A DNA stretch of 54,533 bases from Octopus bimaculoides (lineage: Eukaryota), in assembly GCF_001194135.2 (NCBI RefSeq), contig NC_068999.1, forward strand, positions 11,277,305-11,331,837, given 5' to 3'. Each line of letters begins with the position of its first letter. Positions within the stretch are counted from its first letter, which is position 1. The position numbers and the translations under genes were made by a program. Shown here piece by piece: positions 51,286 through 54,533 of the stretch. The notes below the pieces were generated by a model. The model ran no database searches, was not told where the DNA came from, and was given only the letters and a program-made list of their open reading frames with translations.

Positions 51286-51837
51286 TATCTCCTAATTCGC
51301 TATATTTGCAATATAAGATTACATACATTATACACTAAATATATATTATATACATCATATAAAAAACATAAAAAAATACAGATGGCTACTTAGCAGAGCG
51401 GACATAATGCAACTGTCATACAAAATAATAATCCTTTCACATTACAGCGTGCTAACATTGCTTAATAATTATATTAGCAGTACACACTGCATGCTGAATA
51501 TTCAGCCACAGATATGCAGCATTGATGAGAAAGATATTCTGCGCATTTTAACGATGAGCTGAAAATTCCTAGTCGAAAACGACGGAGATCCTATTACTTC
51601 ACGTAATTAGATAACGCTTTCTTAAAGCAATACATTTGAAGGGCAAGTTTATAAACGATCGATATAATCGAACTTATCACACGTTTAGTAATGTTTTTAA
51701 TGATCCAGACAGATGAAAGGCAATTAAGAATGATATTCATGATGATGATAATTACAAGACTCATTACTGCCTACAACGGTAATAAGTACAATCAATATTG
51801 TGATACAATACTAAAGGAGAGAGGAAGAAAACACTGC

Positions 51838-51876
<39 letters not shown>

Positions 51877-51958
51877 ACACACACACACACACACATATAC
51901 ATGTATATATGTATAAATATATATGTACATATACATATATGTATATATGTATGTATGT

Positions 51959-51990
<32 letters not shown>

Positions 51991-52187
51991 AAAGTATACT
52001 AATGAATGTATGTATGTATGGGTGTACATCTGTATGCATATATGTGTATACATATACACACATACAAACACACACACACATATATATATACTTATATTAA
52101 TATTCATCTATGTATAAGGTGATAACTGCTTTACGCTTAGTTTCACAAATTAATATGAGTGTATTTATGTTTGTATATATACACACA

Positions 52188-52247
<60 letters not shown>

Positions 52248-53312
52248 TGTTTGCGCGTGTTGTGTGAAAGTGCGCTCGTTTGTGTGTGTGCGTGTGCATT
52301 TGCGTCTATATTGCTTCTACAAATATAGCTATATGTTTACATTATACCGTTTACATAGATATAAACGCATATATTACATAGATACACATACATTTAAGAC
52401 ATATATATACATGTGTGCGTGTGTGTTGTGCTTGTTTGTCTGTGTGTTTTCACTCATACATACACACATGCATGCATTCATACACATACATACACACATA
52501 CATGCATACATACATGCATGCATACATACACACACACTTATGTTTGTGAATGGATGAGTCTGTCTTTCTCTCAATGTATACACACACCCTTGCATACACA
52601 CACATACATACATACATACATACATACATACATACATACAGACAAACATACATGCATACATACATGCATACATGCATGCATGTATGCATAGATACGTATA
52701 TACAGTAAATATATTTAAAAAGAAAAACATTTCTAAAAACTATCGAGTTTTTTCCAGACTGAAATGACCCGTCACTCTTCAATTAATCCCATTTATGTTT
52801 GTAAGTCTGTTCTGAAGCTGAAATATCACTTGTTCATTCTTGTGAAATAATTGTACTACTTTCATACTTTCACATCCATGAAGCATGAATTAGACTAAGT
52901 CTGAATTGTTCATATTCAGAACATAACTATAAAATTGGGATTCAATCTGTGTATCATAGCAAAAGTGAATAAGAAATTATATACACAACGTGCAAAATAT
53001 ATATTAGACGAATGTAGCCTTATTATTACCGTAAGCAATTTTGCATGAGTAAAGAAGTTAATTTTGTTTAAGCAGTGAGTTATTGGTTTATCTCATTCAA
53101 TCGTATTGCGCCTTCCTTCTACAAGTGTTTAAAAATTCTTTTGGACCTCTCATACATTTGCAGATAAAATATGTGAAGAAAGTAGTGCATGGGAGATATT
53201 TTGTCCTTGGTTGTAAATTCAATGCAGTATTCGGTACGCAATCACACGCTCATTTGTGTGTGTGGGTGTATATGTAAGTGTGTGTGTGTATGTGTGAGTG
53301 AGTCTGTGTATG

Positions 53313-53445
53313 TGTGGATGAGTGGTAAGTAGATTGTTGCGTGACACCTTGGACAAGCATCTTTTACCATAGCTTCGGGCCGACCAAAGCCTTGTCAGTT
53401 GATTTGGTAGGCGGAAACTGGACGAAGCTCGTCGTATATGTATAT
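53313..53445 (+). mobile_element. SINE family B 5' half (head internally deleted)
   Basis: gagtggtaagtag..caccttggacaagcatcttttaccatagcttcgggccgaccaaagccttgtcag..ggaaactggacgaagctcgtcgtat. Confidence 0.88.
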
Positions 53446-53469
53446 ACTGATTGACCGTTGACTGAACAC

Positions 53470-53640
53470 TATTCAATTTTTTTTCTCCGTGTTTTTCTCC
53501 TTGTCTCCGTATTCTTTCTGTTGAAGAGCGTAGCTCGAAACGTCAAAGACTTTCCGTATTCCCGAGCGTCATACTAATATATACTTTTGTTATTTACACC
53601 ACCTGTCCTCGTCTGTTGTTATTATTTGTATATTCTCCTA
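53470..53640 (+). mobile_element. Penelope-like element terminal fragment
   Basis: Carries a GAAGAG..CGAAACGTC hammerhead-type signature typical of Penelope termini; homologous fragment at 28512. Confidence 0.6.
53513..53549 (+). ncRNA. Putative minimal type I hammerhead-like ribozyme (variant core)
   Basis: UCUUU-CUGUUGA-A-GAGC(gua)GCUC-GAAA-CG-UC-AAAGA: 5-bp stem I, 4-bp stem II, palindromic ACGU at stem III, GUC triplet. Confidence 0.55.
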
Positions 53641-54324
53641 CATATGTATATGAATATGTGTTTATTATTTTTTTTGGTGTGTGTCTGTTTGTCCCCCACC
53701 CCCAACATCGCTTGTCTTTATGTGTATAGTAATCCTTCGCCATATCGCGGTTCACCCACCGCGGTTTATTATTTAACCTTACGTCGATTCCTCTGTGGTG
53801 TTGTTTTGCATTAACAATAATACAAATATATACAAATTATAACAAGTATACTTAAATATACAGTAAAGTACTGTTTCTACTTGGCAGATTGTGTGTGTGT
53901 TTGGGTGCGTGCGTGTGTGTGTGTGTTCAGAGTATATGTGCACGCCTCTATGTAGATTGCGGTGCAGTAAATATAATCAGTAAAATGTGTCCTAAAATAC
54001 CAGAAAACAATATTATACCTCGTGGACGAATAACGTAAATGCCACTTAGTGGTACAGTACACGTCATTCATGAATCGAGGATTCTGTACTATACGCATGT
54101 TATGAAAATACAATATAATTAAATATAATTAAATATAATTAAATATACGTATAAGGTGTTAATATGCAACCTCTTCAAAGATTATGAACTAGAAAATGGT
54201 TCAAATGAAACCAATAAAAATCTGCTTGATACAACACAAAATTTTAATGTAAACTTGTAAGGAAAATAAAAAAAATGTGCGTGTTCTTGTTTATACGTGT
54301 GTAAATGTTATCTGTCTGTCTCTC

Positions 54325-54326
54325 TG

Positions 54327-54379
<53 letters not shown>

Positions 54380-54395
54380 CTGTCTGTCTATCTAT

Positions 54396-54427
<32 letters not shown>

Positions 54428-54428
54428 A
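54325..54428. repeat. (CTAT)n microsatellite
   Basis: Read directly from the sequence. Confidence 0.95.
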
Positions 54429-54533
54429 CACTCACACACACAAACACAAAGACACAGACACAAACACACACACGCACATGCATATAGGCACTGCATTCCA
54501 ACAGAGTATAGATGCTCATATATATATATATAT

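Overview
AT-rich, microsatellite-saturated animal genomic DNA from a gapped short-read scaffold. There are 16 N-gaps, about 5.4 kb in total; most abut (TA)n, (CA)n or (GA)n tracts. The SINE repertoire looks like Octopus (recognised from memory, not by search). I could not confidently identify any host protein-coding exon, rRNA, true tRNA or CRISPR array, so the window reads as intergenic or long-intron DNA. All recognisable coding sequence is decayed transposon: an R4/Dong-like LINE (5.9-7.7 kb), a CR1/L2-group LINE 3' end (2.6-2.85 kb), an internally deleted mariner (13.1-13.95 kb), a Helitron helicase 3' end with terminal hairpin (23.3-24.0 kb), and two mariner-derived MITEs. There are also more than 20 tRNA-derived SINE copies in four families (called A-D here) and two Penelope-like terminal fragments. 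Most ORFs in the supplied track are microsatellite or N-gap artefacts. Best leads: (1) a minimal type I hammerhead-like ribozyme fold with a variant core (CUGUUGA/CUGUAGA), present twice; (2) a ~35-bp-period array of 13 units built on a palindromic GTTTATATAAAC core; (3) a perfect 14-bp hairpin that covers a candidate splice donor; (4) a LINE and a SINE family sharing a 3' stem-loop with compensatory changes; (5) TAA-anchored retroelements and a head-to-tail SINE stack.
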